DNA of 64,000 nt from Candidatus Eiseniibacteriota bacterium (GCA_043809585.1 JBDROZ010000088.1:1-64000), one strand, 5' to 3'; positions 29,479 through 39,714 are shown, numbered from the stretch's first letter. Made by a program: numbers and translations. Notes: generated by a model not told the origin, from the sequence alone.

Positions 29479-30819
29479 ATGCTCAGCGCGGCGGATTTGA
29501 AAGTCCCGAATCTCGGGGAACGCAAGCAGTTGTCCCCCCTGAACTTCTCGACGGTGCGGGGGGACGGGATCGGCAACTTCATCCTCGACGAAACGAAAGT
29601 GCGGGCCCAGATCGAGCTCCGACCGGGGGCGGAGAAGCGGGACGACCTCTTCTTCGAGAAGGCGGGACCCCGGGAGCATCTCTTCTTCGAACCCGCGAAG
29701 ACGAAGGCCGCGATCGTGACCTGCGGCGGCATCTGCCCGGGCGTGAACAATGTCATCCGGGCGCTCACCCTCGAGCTCCACCACCACTACGGCATCCGGG
29801 AGATCCTCGGCATCCGGTACGGATTCCAGGGGCTGAACCCGGCGGTGGCGGCGCCGCCGGTCCTGCTCGATCCCGACTTCGTCGAAGACATCCACCGGGA
29901 GGGGGGTACGGTGCTCGGCTCCTCACGGGGGGCTCAGGACCCCAGTTTGATCGTCGACTTCCTCCGGGACGAGGGCATCGACATCCTCTTCTGTATCGGC
30001 GGCGACGGTACTCTCCGGGGCGCCCACGCCATCGTGGGAGAGGTGGACCGCCGGAAGGCGAAAATCGCGGTCGTCGGCATCCCGAAGACGATCGACAACG
30101 ACATCCCCTTCGTCCGGAAGACCTTCGGCTACAGCACCGCCCTCGAGAAGGCGAAGGAAGTGATCGAGTGCGCCCACGTCGAGTCGAAGGGGGCGCGCCG
30201 GGGCATCGGCCTCGTGAAGCTGATGGGGCGGGACGCCGGCTTCATCGCCGCCGGCGCTACCGTGGCGAGCCAGGAGGTGAACTTCACGCTCATCCCCGAA
30301 GTCGCCTTCGACATGGACGGAGAGCAGGGGTTCCTTCGAGCTCTGGAGCGGCGAATCGACGAGCGGGGGCACGCGGTCATCGTCGTCGCCGAGGGGGCGG
30401 GGCAGCACCTCTTCCGGGGCGACGCCGGCCGCGACGCCTCGGGCAACGTGGAACACCACGACATCGGCGCCCACCTCGCCGGGGCGATCCCGGCCCACTT
30501 CGAGAGCGCGGGGAATCCGGTCACGCTGAAGTACTTCGACCCGAGCTACGTCATCCGGAGCGTCCCCGCCAACGGCGAGGACAGCGTCTTCTGCAACTCC
30601 TTCGCCCGCCACGCGGCCCACTGCGGCATGGCGGGGAAGACGGACGTCACCATAGGCTACTTCCACGACATCTTCCTCCACGTCCCGATCTCCCTCGTCA
30701 CGTCGCGCCGGAAGTGCATGTCCCCCGAAGGGCGGCTCTGGATGTCCGTCCTCGAGTCGACGGGCCAGCCGGCGACCTTCGGCCGCCATATCGTCGAGTG
30801 CGAACCCTTCGAGTTCTGA
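29479..30819 (+). CDS. pfkA: 6-phosphofructokinase (PfkA family, probably ATP-dependent)
   Basis: TCGGICPG, GGTVLGSSRG, IGGDGT, PKTIDND, KLMGR, AEGAG, DPSYVIRS motifs. Confidence 0.93.
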   Translation: MLSAADLKVPNLGERKQLSPLNFSTVRGDGIGNFILDETKVRAQIELRPGAEKRDDLFFEKAGPREHLFFEPAKTKAAIVTCGGICPGVNNVIRALTLELHHHYGIREILGIRYGFQGLNPAVAAPPVLLDPDFVEDIHREGGTVLGSSRGAQDPSLIVDFLRDEGIDILFCIGGDGTLRGAHAIVGEVDRRKAKIAVVGIPKTIDNDIPFVRKTFGYSTALEKAKEVIECAHVESKGARRGIGLVKLMGRDAGFIAAGATVASQEVNFTLIPEVAFDMDGEQGFLRALERRIDERGHAVIVVAEGAGQHLFRGDAGRDASGNVEHHDIGAHLAGAIPAHFESAGNPVTLKYFDPSYVIRSVPANGEDSVFCNSFARHAAHCGMAGKTDVTIGYFHDIFLHVPISLVTSRRKCMSPEGRLWMSVLESTGQPATFGRHIVECEPFEF

Positions 30820-30830
30820 CGAAACCAACA

Positions 30831-30915
30831 TCGATCTCGCAGAAACTGCGGCCCCGAATTCGGTGGGGGGGAGCCAGGGGATAGGGCCGGCTTGCTCAAA
30901 CACTCCTCGCGTGCC
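30831..30915 (+). repeat. Dispersed intergenic repeat, copy 1 (left part only)
   Basis: TCGATCTCGCAGAAAC...GAATTCGG...GAGCCAGGGG...AGGGCCGGCTTGCTCAAACACTCCTCGCG matches 39545-39630. Confidence 0.85.
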
Positions 30916-30994
30916 CCCCCGGGCGGCGGGCGTCCCCTCTTTTGACTACATTCATTAGTGCCTGTCCCCCCACCCACCTTCGGAGGTCATCGCT

Positions 30995-32470
30995 ATGTCG
31001 CGTCCGTTCCTGTGCTTCGTGGTCCCCGTGTTATTCGGACTCCTCCTCGCGCCCGCGGCGCACGCCGAGGTCACCACCGAACTGGTCGCGACCGATCTCG
31101 CCTGGCCCGTCTTCGCGACCGCGCCGGAGGGGGACGACCGGCTCTTCATCGTGGAACAGCGGGGCGTCGTCCGGGTCTGGAAAGAGGGCGCCCTCCTCGC
31201 CGAGCCCTTCCTTGATATCGACTCGCTGGTCGCCGGGGTCTCCCAGTTCAGCGAGCGGGGGCTCCTCGGCCTCGCCTTCGACCCGGCGTACGACAGCACG
31301 GGCCATTTCTTCGTGAACTACACGAACAACGCCGGGACCACCATCGTCGCCCGGTACACCGTGCAGGGAACGGACCCGGACAAGGCGGACCACTCGTCGG
31401 CGGAGATCGTCCTCACCCAGAGCCAGCCCTTCTCGAACCACAACGGCGGCATGCTCGCCTTCGGGTCCGACGGCTATCTCTACATCGGATTCGGCGACGG
31501 CGGGGCGGGAGGCGACCCGAACGAAGTGGCCCAGAACCTCCTGGAGTGGCTGGGCAAGATCCTCCGCATCGACGTCGGCTCCCTCCCCTATTCGACACCC
31601 CCCGACAATCCCTTCTTCGGAAACCCGAACGCCCGGGACGAGATCTGGGCCCTCGGCGTCCGGAATCCGTGGCGGTTCGGATTCGACCGGGCCACGGGGG
31701 ACCTCTGGATCGCCGACGTGGGCCAGGGGAGCTACGAGGAGATCGACTTCCAACCCGCCTCGAGCCCCGGCGGCGAGAACTACGGCTGGGACAATATGGA
31801 GGGCTTCCACTGCTACGAGCCTCCCGTGGACTGCGGCGCGGACACTCTGGTTCTCCCGATCCACGAGTACGACCATTCCGCCGGCAACTGCTCGGTCACC
31901 GGCGGCTACCGCTACCGGGGATCCCTCGCCCCCGAACTGGCGGGGCTTTATCTCTTCGGGGATTACTGCTCGAACCGGATCTGGGCGATGGAATGGGCCG
32001 GCGACTCGGTGGTCGCCATTACCTCCCTCACGGCCGAACTGAACTCGGACGGGCAGGTCTCCGGCCTTTCCGCTTTCGGTGAGGACGGATCAGGCGAATT
32101 GTACATGGTGAGCCGGGGGACCGGTTTGAACGGCAAGGTCTTTCGCATCGTCCCCGGATCGACCGGAATCGGCGGCGCGGAGAGCCTCCCCTCGACGCTC
32201 AGGCTCGGGAGCCCGATGCCGAACCCCTTCGCGAACTCCACACGTTTCGATCTCGGTGTCAACCGGCCGGGAGAGGTGACGGTTCGCGTCTATGACGTGG
32301 CGGGCCGGGAGGTGAGGCGGCTCGAGTCCGGATTCCGGGGGGCCGGGACCGGCGCATTCGAATGGGACGGCCGGAACTCCTCGGACCGGGAGATGCCGTC
32401 GGGCGTCTATTTCGTTCGGGCGGAGCGGGGGGACGCCGTCACGACCCGGCGGGTCCACCTCATTCGATGA
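30995..32470 (+). CDS. PQQ-dependent sugar dehydrogenase (GSDH family) with FlgD-Ig C-terminal tail
   Basis: Signal peptide; ERGLLGLAF, NHNGG, GKILRID, GVRNPWR, NYGW motifs; PNPF...YDVAGR...WDGR...SGVYF tail. Confidence 0.92.
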   Translation: MSRPFLCFVVPVLFGLLLAPAAHAEVTTELVATDLAWPVFATAPEGDDRLFIVEQRGVVRVWKEGALLAEPFLDIDSLVAGVSQFSERGLLGLAFDPAYDSTGHFFVNYTNNAGTTIVARYTVQGTDPDKADHSSAEIVLTQSQPFSNHNGGMLAFGSDGYLYIGFGDGGAGGDPNEVAQNLLEWLGKILRIDVGSLPYSTPPDNPFFGNPNARDEIWALGVRNPWRFGFDRATGDLWIADVGQGSYEEIDFQPASSPGGENYGWDNMEGFHCYEPPVDCGADTLVLPIHEYDHSAGNCSVTGGYRYRGSLAPELAGLYLFGDYCSNRIWAMEWAGDSVVAITSLTAELNSDGQVSGLSAFGEDGSGELYMVSRGTGLNGKVFRIVPGSTGIGGAESLPSTLRLGSPMPNPFANSTRFDLGVNRPGEVTVRVYDVAGREVRRLESGFRGAGTGAFEWDGRNSSDREMPSGVYFVRAERGDAVTTRRVHLIR

Positions 32471-32999
32471 CGACCACGCCCCAAGGGTAATTCTCTCTCG
32501 TCACCGAATGGCTCCCCGCGGGCGAAGCGGCGAGGTCCGCGTCGAAGGCGAGGGGCGATTCCCCTTCGGTCAGGTAGAGTTCCTCGAATTGGACGCTGTA
32601 GGCCTTCGCCGAGAGGTTCTTGATCTCGTATACCCGGTCGTAGAGGCAGAGGCAGCGGCAACCCCCCTCCGTCAGGACCTCCCCCTCACGGACGTAGATC
32701 GTGTCCCCCGACACTTCGACCTCCGCCGTCAGCGAATCGGGGCAGCAGTTGCCCCCGGAGTTGACGTGGGTGAGTGAAAGCGTGCCGTCCATGTAGGACC
32801 ACTCCACCGAGTCCGTGCTCGAATCTTCCTCCAACACCTTCGGGGGGGGCTCCACCCCGTACTTGCATTCGGAATAGGAGAGAAGAGCGCCGGAAGGATC
32901 ATCGGACGCGGAGGGCTCGGTCCCGCCACAGGCGAACCAGAACAGGACCGGAACGAGAATCAAGAGCGGGACCGCGGAAGATCGTCGGGAGATGAGCAT
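32460..32999 (-). CDS. Cys-rich hypothetical lipoprotein
   Basis: AAGGGGG RBS, lipobox WFAC, GNCC and CRCLC motifs. Confidence 0.7.
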   Translation of the reverse strand: MLISRRSSAVPLLILVPVLFWFACGGTEPSASDDPSGALLSYSECKYGVEPPPKVLEEDSSTDSVEWSYMDGTLSLTHVNSGGNCCPDSLTAEVEVSGDTIYVREGEVLTEGGCRCLCLYDRVYEIKNLSAKAYSVQFEELYLTEGESPLAFDADLAASPAGSHSVTRENYPWGVVVIE

Positions 33000-33116
33000 C
33001 GTAAGGCCCCCTTTCGGGTGGGAACCGCCGGTCCGGGTGCGGCACCGTGGGCGCTGTTTCGATCGCTTTTGATTATACACCCGCCCCCCCCCCGGCCCGC
33101 CAAGGGGGCCGACCGA

Positions 33117-33327
33117 CCGAGGATGGTCTTCGCGGCGAGACGCGCGATCCGCGAGGGCGAGGAGCTCCATCCCCGCCAAATCGAAAGGGCTCGCCCGCTT
33201 CTTCGTCACCTTCATCGGCCGCCCGAAGGAGGGGCCCGTGGCCCTCGCCCTGGAGGAGCTCGCCTTCTTCAGCGAAGAGGTCACTCTTCTCGGCTCCTAT
33301 CACGCCGACCCCGAGCGATTCCGGTAA
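33117..33327 (+). pseudogene. Gene remnants: SET-domain-like fragment abutting a prephenate dehydratase (PheA) C-terminal ACT fragment
   Basis: RMVFAARRAIREGEEL in one frame; FFVTFIGRPKEGPVALALEELAFFSEEVTLLGSYHADPERFR* in another, ending at TAA 33325-33327. Confidence 0.55.
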
Positions 33328-33383
33328 CGAAAAAGGACGGACCGAAGCCCGCCCCTTCCCGTTTCTTCCCGCGACGTTCTCGA

Positions 33384-34334
33384 TCAGGAGACCGGGATGC
33401 GATCCTTGTTCGCCGCGAGCCAGCCGGCGAAGCTCTGAAGCTCCGGGTTCAGCTCCCGGGTCTTGTCCACCTTGCGGGGACCGCAGAAGACCTCCTGAAA
33501 GTCGTGCTTGAACTGGAACATGTTGCCGAGGTCGTCGGCGCCGGGGAAGCCGAGCCCCCGGTAGACGTCGAAGGGGACGGCGCGGTAGGTCACCTCCGTC
33601 CCGAGGGCGTCGCCGAGGGCGGCGGCCATTTCCACGCCGGTCAGGTGTTCGCCGGCGATGCCGACCCTCTTGCCGACGTACCCGTTCCCCGACTTGAAGA
33701 TCCCGTAGGCGGTCCGGCCGATGTCCTCGGCGGCGATGCCGGGGAGCTTCCGGTCCCCCATGGGCAGGTTGAAGGAGAGCTTCCCATCCTCCCCCTTCCG
33801 GGGACCCATGCCGAAGTGGATCAGGTTGTCCCAGTAGAACGAGGTGAGCAGGAACGTGGTCGGCACGCCGAGCTCCCGGAAGATCCCGTCCGCTTCCCCC
33901 TTCGCGTCGAAGTGGGGCACCTTGTACTTCCCTTGAAGAGTGGGCATCCGGTCGTCGTCCAGGGCGACGTGCTTTCGCGTGTCTTCCAGGGTCGACCAGA
34001 TCACGTGCTTCAAACCGGTCTCCTTCGCCGCCGACGCCATGTTCCGGACATGGGCGAGCTCTTTCTCGGGTGAGAAGTGCTCCCAGAAGAAGGTGACGAA
34101 GTAGGCGCCGTAGGCCCCGTCGAAGGCCTTCCTTAGACTCTCCCGGTCGTCCACGTCCGCCTCCGCCACCTCGGCGCCGAGCGCCGCGAGGGCCTTCGCC
34201 TTGTCCGAGTTCACGTTCCGGGTGACCGCCCGGGCGACGAATCCGCCCTCCCGGTCGCTCTGAATGGCGCGGACCAGGCCGCCCCCCTGCGCGCCCGTCG
34301 CGCCCATCACCACGATGACTTTCTTGTTCGACAT
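33384..34334 (-). CDS. NmrA/HSCARG-family NAD(P)-binding protein
   Basis: VMGATGAQGG, AVTRN, VPHFDAK, AAEDIG motifs. Confidence 0.92.
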   Translation of the reverse strand: MSNKKVIVVMGATGAQGGGLVRAIQSDREGGFVARAVTRNVNSDKAKALAALGAEVAEADVDDRESLRKAFDGAYGAYFVTFFWEHFSPEKELAHVRNMASAAKETGLKHVIWSTLEDTRKHVALDDDRMPTLQGKYKVPHFDAKGEADGIFRELGVPTTFLLTSFYWDNLIHFGMGPRKGEDGKLSFNLPMGDRKLPGIAAEDIGRTAYGIFKSGNGYVGKRVGIAGEHLTGVEMAAALGDALGTEVTYRAVPFDVYRGLGFPGADDLGNMFQFKHDFQEVFCGPRKVDKTRELNPELQSFAGWLAANKDRIPVS

Positions 34335-34527
34335 GAGTCAGGTTCCTCCGGCTTTTCATATTATGGGGGGGATCGCGGGGGCCCACAGCGGCGGGCATAC
34401 TTCTATATAGGAAATTTCGGGGAGGGGCGCTTTTCTGCGCCCTGGGCCGGTAGGAACTCTTGCCCCGGTACGGCGACGGCCGAATTCCGGAAAAATCCGA
34501 ATCCGCAAATGGTTGACCTTGAATCGT

Positions 34528-36453
34528 TTACTCGATGTACCCCAGTTCCCGGAGTTCTTCGAGAAGCCGTTCGTCCGGGTCGACCGCGTCTCCCCGGAGG
34601 CGGAATTCCTCGCCGATATCCGCCGCCATCTCCCTTCGCCACCGGGAGAGTTGGTACCACAGGGAGTCGGCGACGCGGCCCTTCTCCGCGATGAGGTCGT
34701 GAAGTTCGAGAGGGTCGTCCCGGTAGGAGAAAAGCTCCGATCGCGCCTCCCCGTAGTGCGCCACGAGGTGGTGTTCGGCGTCGAGCACCGCCATTTGATA
34801 CCCTATGTCCTCGAATTCGCTGAACACGAACGGACGAAACGTCCCGGTCTCTCCCATGATGAGAGGGCAGAGGGACTCACCGCTGAGCGGGGCGGGAGCG
34901 CGGGCTCCGGTAAGATCGACAATCGTCGGCAACAGATCGATCAGGCCGACCGGAATGGCGATCCTGGTTCCGGCCCACTCCGCCCCCGGCAGCCGAAGGA
35001 GGAGGGGCACATGGGTCACCGTTCGATAGAGGTTCCCGTGGAGGACCGACCCGTGCTCCATGAACTCCTCGCCGTGGTCGGCGGTGAGAATCACCACCGT
35101 GCGGTCGCCGATTCCCTCGGTCCGGACGAACTCGAGAAAGGGGCCCAGCAGGTCGTCGGTGTACCGAATGCCTCCGGCGTAGAGCGCGCGGAGGTACATC
35201 GCGTCAGCCTCCTCGATTTCGAACCCGGGGTCCTCGCCCCGGGCCTTCATCAGGCGGTACCGGCTGAGATACCGGCCGGTAGGACGCACCTCCCCGACGT
35301 ACTCCTCCTCGAGGAACATCTCCTGATACTCGGACAGGCGGGCGTAGGGCGAGTGGATGTCGTAGATGTGAACGAAGAGAAAGAAAGGATCCTCGCCATG
35401 CTTCCGGAGCCAACGGATCGCGCGCGGCACGATGTTCTCAGCCCTCCGGCCCCAATCGGTGAAATGATCGTATCCCTGTTCGAGCCCGTACCGGTCCGTA
35501 AGAAAGGTCGCATCCACGATACCCGCCGTCCTGTATCCCGCCTCCCGGACAATCTCCATCGCCAAGACTCTCCGTTTGGGGAGCCTCATCCCCAGCATCG
35601 TCGCCTTGTTCACCGAGGGGTAGAGGGAAGTGAGGAATGATGCATGGGACGGGAGCGTACTGGGGGACTGGCTGTGCGCGTTTTCGAAGAGGACGCACTC
35701 GGAGGCGAATGCGTCGATGGCGGGAGAAGTCCGAAGAGGGCACCCGTAGCATCCGAGGAAGTCGGCACGCAGCGTGTCCAGCGATACGAGAATGACGCTC
35801 GGACCGCCCGGATGAGCGCCCCACAGGAGGATCGGCACGGCGAGATTCCCGGCAAAGAAGAGGAGCGCCACTCCCCCTACGAGAAACCGCCCCGCCCTCG
35901 CCACCGGGACGGAGAGAGAGGCGGGAAAACGCTTTCGGGCGGCCAGCACGCCCGTCTTGTAAAGGAGCGCCACCGAAGCGAGGCCGACCGCTGCGACTTC
36001 GAGGTTCGCGAGAAGCACCTTGCCGCTCGCAAAGCCCCCGGGAATCCGCAGGCCCCAGAGGTCCGTTGTCGTCCTCCAGGCGGAGGCAAAGCCGTAACGG
36101 TTCATCGTCCAACCGTGACGGAGAAGGACGGCCCCGATCGAGGCCATGGCAAGTCCGAGCAGGATCGGCCTGCTCACCCGCATCCGCCGCTGCCGGCCGA
36201 TCAGCCAACCCAAAACGAAAGCCGTGACGATGACGGCGGAAGAAACCAGCGCGACTCGGTTGACGGAGTTTCGGATGACGATCGCGGCGTTTCGAAAGAA
36301 GTGCTGGGGAATGTACTGTTGCTCGTGCACTTCCGATAGACCGAGAACGAGACCGAAGAGGATTCCGAAAGAAAGCAGGGTGGCGGCGATCCGGGAAGGA
36401 CCGCGGAACCGCTTCCGGAAGGACGAAGGGGGAGGACCCGCTTCCGTCGGCAT
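34528..36453 (-). CDS. Membrane-anchored sulfatase-like (alkaline phosphatase superfamily) protein
   Basis: Several N-terminal TM helices; SLDTLRAD, STLPSHASFLTS, DIHSPY, TADHGEEF, HVPL, LRELGY motifs. Confidence 0.88.
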   Translation of the reverse strand: MPTEAGPPPSSFRKRFRGPSRIAATLLSFGILFGLVLGLSEVHEQQYIPQHFFRNAAIVIRNSVNRVALVSSAVIVTAFVLGWLIGRQRRMRVSRPILLGLAMASIGAVLLRHGWTMNRYGFASAWRTTTDLWGLRIPGGFASGKVLLANLEVAAVGLASVALLYKTGVLAARKRFPASLSVPVARAGRFLVGGVALLFFAGNLAVPILLWGAHPGGPSVILVSLDTLRADFLGCYGCPLRTSPAIDAFASECVLFENAHSQSPSTLPSHASFLTSLYPSVNKATMLGMRLPKRRVLAMEIVREAGYRTAGIVDATFLTDRYGLEQGYDHFTDWGRRAENIVPRAIRWLRKHGEDPFFLFVHIYDIHSPYARLSEYQEMFLEEEYVGEVRPTGRYLSRYRLMKARGEDPGFEIEEADAMYLRALYAGGIRYTDDLLGPFLEFVRTEGIGDRTVVILTADHGEEFMEHGSVLHGNLYRTVTHVPLLLRLPGAEWAGTRIAIPVGLIDLLPTIVDLTGARAPAPLSGESLCPLIMGETGTFRPFVFSEFEDIGYQMAVLDAEHHLVAHYGEARSELFSYRDDPLELHDLIAEKGRVADSLWYQLSRWRREMAADIGEEFRLRGDAVDPDERLLEELRELGYIE

Positions 36454-36865
36454 GGTTCGCCTCCGGCACCGGGGGCACCCGAAGAAGCCGGGACTCCGGA
36501 CGCACTCTCGGCGCGAACCGATCATCGGGCCCGGCGCTCCTTCGAAGGCATTACCTCCTTCTCGGGGAACCGGGAATTCGGCCCCCGGTCACGGGCGCCG
36601 CGCTCGATCGATCATCCTTGGCTCCTATATATTTTACCCGATCGGTGGGCTCCCGCGTAAGGAGATTTGGGGCCCGCGGGCCGCCTCCCGTTCCTTCTGT
36701 TCCCCCCCGGTTTCGCAAAACCGCGCCGGACCCCCGGAAGTGATCTCGGTAGGTGAAACCCGGCCCTTGAAGAAGAGGGCGAGTTGTGGGAAGCTATCCG
36801 GAGGAGTTTCCGTCTCCACCCCACCCCGGTTTCGATAACCCATCCGCCTCAGTTGGAGGGATTTC

Positions 36866-38209
36866 ATGAATCTATCAGAGCGACTGGAGAACACGGCGGT
36901 GATCGGCGCCGCGGGCAAGATGGGGAGCGGGATCACGCTGCTTCTCGCGAAAGAACTGGCCCGGACCCGGCTCACGCCGGAAGGCAAGGGGAAGGTCTGC
37001 CGCCTCGCTCTCGTCGACGTGAGCGAGGCCGCCCTCGACGGGCTCCTGAAGTACATCCGCGGGCAGATCACGAAGCTGGCCGAAAAGAGCATCGGCGAGA
37101 TCCGGACGCTCTACAAGGACCGGGAGGACCTCGTCGAGAATGGCGAGATGGTCGACGAGTTCGTCGCCCAGGCGATGTCGATCCTCCGGCCGTCGACGGA
37201 CCTCGGCGCCGCCAAGGGGGCGCGGCTCGTCTTCGAGGCGGTGGTCGAGAACGAGGACCTCAAGATCGACCTCCTCGGCAAGGTGAAGGGGTTCGCCGAT
37301 CCGGACGCCTGGTATCTGACCAACACGTCGTCCATTCCGATCGGCGGGCTCGATGGAAAGCTCGGGCTCGGCGGCCGGATCATCGGCTACCACTTCTACA
37401 ATCCGCCGGCGGTGCAGAAGCTGCTCGAGCTGATCACGTCGGACAAGACCCTTCCGGCCCTGAAAGAGGCGGGGACGGAGCTCGCGAAGCGGCTCGGCAA
37501 GAAGATCGTCCCCTCCCACGACGTGGCCGGCTTCATCGGCAACGGCCACTTCATGCGGGACGGGCTCCACGCCATCGCGGCGGCCGACCGCGTCCGGAAG
37601 GGGGGCGACTGGGCCCCCGCCCTCTACAAGATGAACCGGGTGAGTCAGGATTGGCTCCTCCGCCCCATGGGCATCTTCCAGCTCGTCGACTACGTCGGCG
37701 TCGACGTCTTCCAGTGCATCTTGAAGGTGATGGACCGCTACCTGCCGGGAAAGGGCCTCCACTCGGACTTCATCGACTCCCTGGTGGGGAAGAAAGTGCT
37801 CGGCGGACAGAACCACGACGGCTCCCAGAAGGACGGCATCCTGAAATACGAGCGGGGGCGGCCCGCCGCCGTCTACGATCCGGGCAAGGGGGCCTACGTT
37901 CCCATCGATGCCGAAGGGTGGTCCAGCGCCGCGGACAAGGAATTCGGCCCCCTTCCCGAGGGTTTCCGGCCGTGGAAGGCCCTCCTCGCGGATCGGAAGA
38001 AAGAAGAGGCCATCGAGGCGCACTTCGCGGCGCTCCGCTCCATGAAGACCGAAGGGGCCTCTCTCGCCATGGAGTACCTGAAGGCGTCGAAGAAGATCGG
38101 CGAGGGGCTCGTGAAAGACGGCGTCGCCGCCGCCCCGAAGGACGTGAACGACGTTCTGATGAGCGGCTTCTTCCACCTCTACGGGCCGATCAACGAATAC
38201 ACCGGGTGA
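36866..38209 (+). CDS. 3-hydroxyacyl-CoA dehydrogenase family protein
   Basis: GAAGKMGSGI, EAVVE, TNTSS, HFYNP, GFIGN, PMGIFQLVDYVG motifs. Confidence 0.9.
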   Translation: MNLSERLENTAVIGAAGKMGSGITLLLAKELARTRLTPEGKGKVCRLALVDVSEAALDGLLKYIRGQITKLAEKSIGEIRTLYKDREDLVENGEMVDEFVAQAMSILRPSTDLGAAKGARLVFEAVVENEDLKIDLLGKVKGFADPDAWYLTNTSSIPIGGLDGKLGLGGRIIGYHFYNPPAVQKLLELITSDKTLPALKEAGTELAKRLGKKIVPSHDVAGFIGNGHFMRDGLHAIAAADRVRKGGDWAPALYKMNRVSQDWLLRPMGIFQLVDYVGVDVFQCILKVMDRYLPGKGLHSDFIDSLVGKKVLGGQNHDGSQKDGILKYERGRPAAVYDPGKGAYVPIDAEGWSSAADKEFGPLPEGFRPWKALLADRKKEEAIEAHFAALRSMKTEGASLAMEYLKASKKIGEGLVKDGVAAAPKDVNDVLMSGFFHLYGPINEYTG

Positions 38210-38228
38210 TCCCGGGGAGGATCGATCG

Positions 38229-39473
38229 ATGAAAAAGCTCCGCAAGAAGATATTCGGCTGCGCCCCCGCCCACACGGTGTTTCTCGGTCCGGGCCGGAAG
38301 GAGTTCCATCCGAAGAAGCCGCGCCCCGGCATCGAGCACTACATCGTGGAGGCGGCGAGGGGGTCCGTCGCCCAGGTGAAGAACCCGGACGCCATCGACC
38401 AGGGGGTGATCGGCAACTTCATGGCCTCCCGGTTCAACCGCCAGGGGCATCTCGGGGCGCTCCTTCCCGAGGCGCACCCGGGGCTGCTGCACAAGCCGTG
38501 CACCCGCGTCGAGGGGGCCTGCGGCTCCGGCGGCGTCGCGGTGACGACGGCGGCCACCGCCCTCCTCGCGGACATGGCCGACACGGTGCTCGTCGTGGGC
38601 GTGGAAGTGCAGAACACGGTGAAGGCCCTCTACGGCGCCGACATCCTCGCCGGCGCGGGCCACTACAGCCGGGAGCGGAAGAACGGCCACGTCTTCTTCT
38701 TCCCGAACCTCTTCTCCGAGCGGGCCGGAGCGTACTCCGCGAAGTACGGCAAGGAGGACGCCCGGCGGGCCATGGCCGAGTGGTACGCCCTCGCCATCGA
38801 AAGCGCCCGGCGGAACCCGAACGCCCAGGAGCACCACAACGCCGACCCCGATCCGCGGGCGACGGGCATGACCCCGCCGAACCCCAAGGCGTTCCTCGAG
38901 CACATCAACGTCTTCGACTGCTCGAAGGTGACCGACGGCGCGTCGGCGCTCATTCTCGCCACCGAGGAGGGATTGAAGAAGCTCGGCGTGCCGATGGACA
39001 AGGCCGCCGAGATGGTCGGCTTCGCCCACTGCGAGGGGAACCTCGCGAAGGACCCGGCGGACCTGACCCGCCTCGACACGACCGCGGCGGTGGCGGCCGA
39101 GGCGCTCGCCATGGCCGGCGCGAAGCCGTCGGAACTCGGCCTCCTCGAGGTCCACGACTGCTTCACCATCACCGGCCTTCTCGCCCTCGAGGCGGTCGGC
39201 CTCGCGGCGCCCGGCAAGGCGGCGGCCTATCTCCTCGACGGGAAGACGGCCTTGGGCGGCGATTGCCCGACGAACGCCACCGGCGGTCTCGTCGGCTTCG
39301 GCCACCCGACCGGCGCCACCGGCGTCCGGCAGGTCGGCGACATGACCCTCCAGCTCACCGGCCGCGGCGGCGACTGCCAGGTGAAGTTCACGGACAAGAA
39401 ACCGTACGCCCTGTCGATCAACATGGGCGGCAACGACAAGACCCTCGTCTCCTGCGTCATGCGGGCGACCTGA
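38229..39473 (+). CDS. Thiolase (SCP2-thiolase type acetyl-CoA acyltransferase)
   Basis: EGACGSG, DCSKVTDGA, EVHDCF, GHPTGATG, NMGG motifs. Confidence 0.92.
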   Translation: MKKLRKKIFGCAPAHTVFLGPGRKEFHPKKPRPGIEHYIVEAARGSVAQVKNPDAIDQGVIGNFMASRFNRQGHLGALLPEAHPGLLHKPCTRVEGACGSGGVAVTTAATALLADMADTVLVVGVEVQNTVKALYGADILAGAGHYSRERKNGHVFFFPNLFSERAGAYSAKYGKEDARRAMAEWYALAIESARRNPNAQEHHNADPDPRATGMTPPNPKAFLEHINVFDCSKVTDGASALILATEEGLKKLGVPMDKAAEMVGFAHCEGNLAKDPADLTRLDTTAAVAAEALAMAGAKPSELGLLEVHDCFTITGLLALEAVGLAAPGKAAAYLLDGKTALGGDCPTNATGGLVGFGHPTGATGVRQVGDMTLQLTGRGGDCQVKFTDKKPYALSINMGGNDKTLVSCVMRAT

Positions 39474-39501
39474 TCGGGCGGACATACTGGTCGAACGAAC
39501 C

Positions 39502-39529
39502 GCGCCCCCGCGGGAGATCGCGGGGGCGT
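39502..39529 (+). terminator. Hairpin downstream of thiolase
   Basis: GCGCCCCCGCG-GGAGAT-CGCGGGGGCGT. Confidence 0.55.
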
Positions 39530-39544
39530 CTTGGTATCTACACC

Positions 39545-39714
39545 TCGATCTTGCAGAAACAGTAGCCCTGAATTCGGGCGGCAGGAGCCAGGGGGCCAGG
39601 GCTGGCTTGCTCAAACAGTCCTCGCGCGCCGGCCTGGGCATTCCGGGATTCCACCACATGGGGTGAGGCCGGCGCGCTGCGGAACTCGCCGCTCAGCCCT
39701 AACCCCCTGGCTCC
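39545..39714 (+). repeat. Dispersed intergenic repeat, copy 2 (long nested hairpin)
   Basis: Nested arms GGAGCCAGGGGG/CCCCCTGGCTCC, AGGGCTG/CAGCCCT and GCGCGCCGGCCT/AGGCCGGCGCGC; the 5' part matches 30831-30915. Confidence 0.85.
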
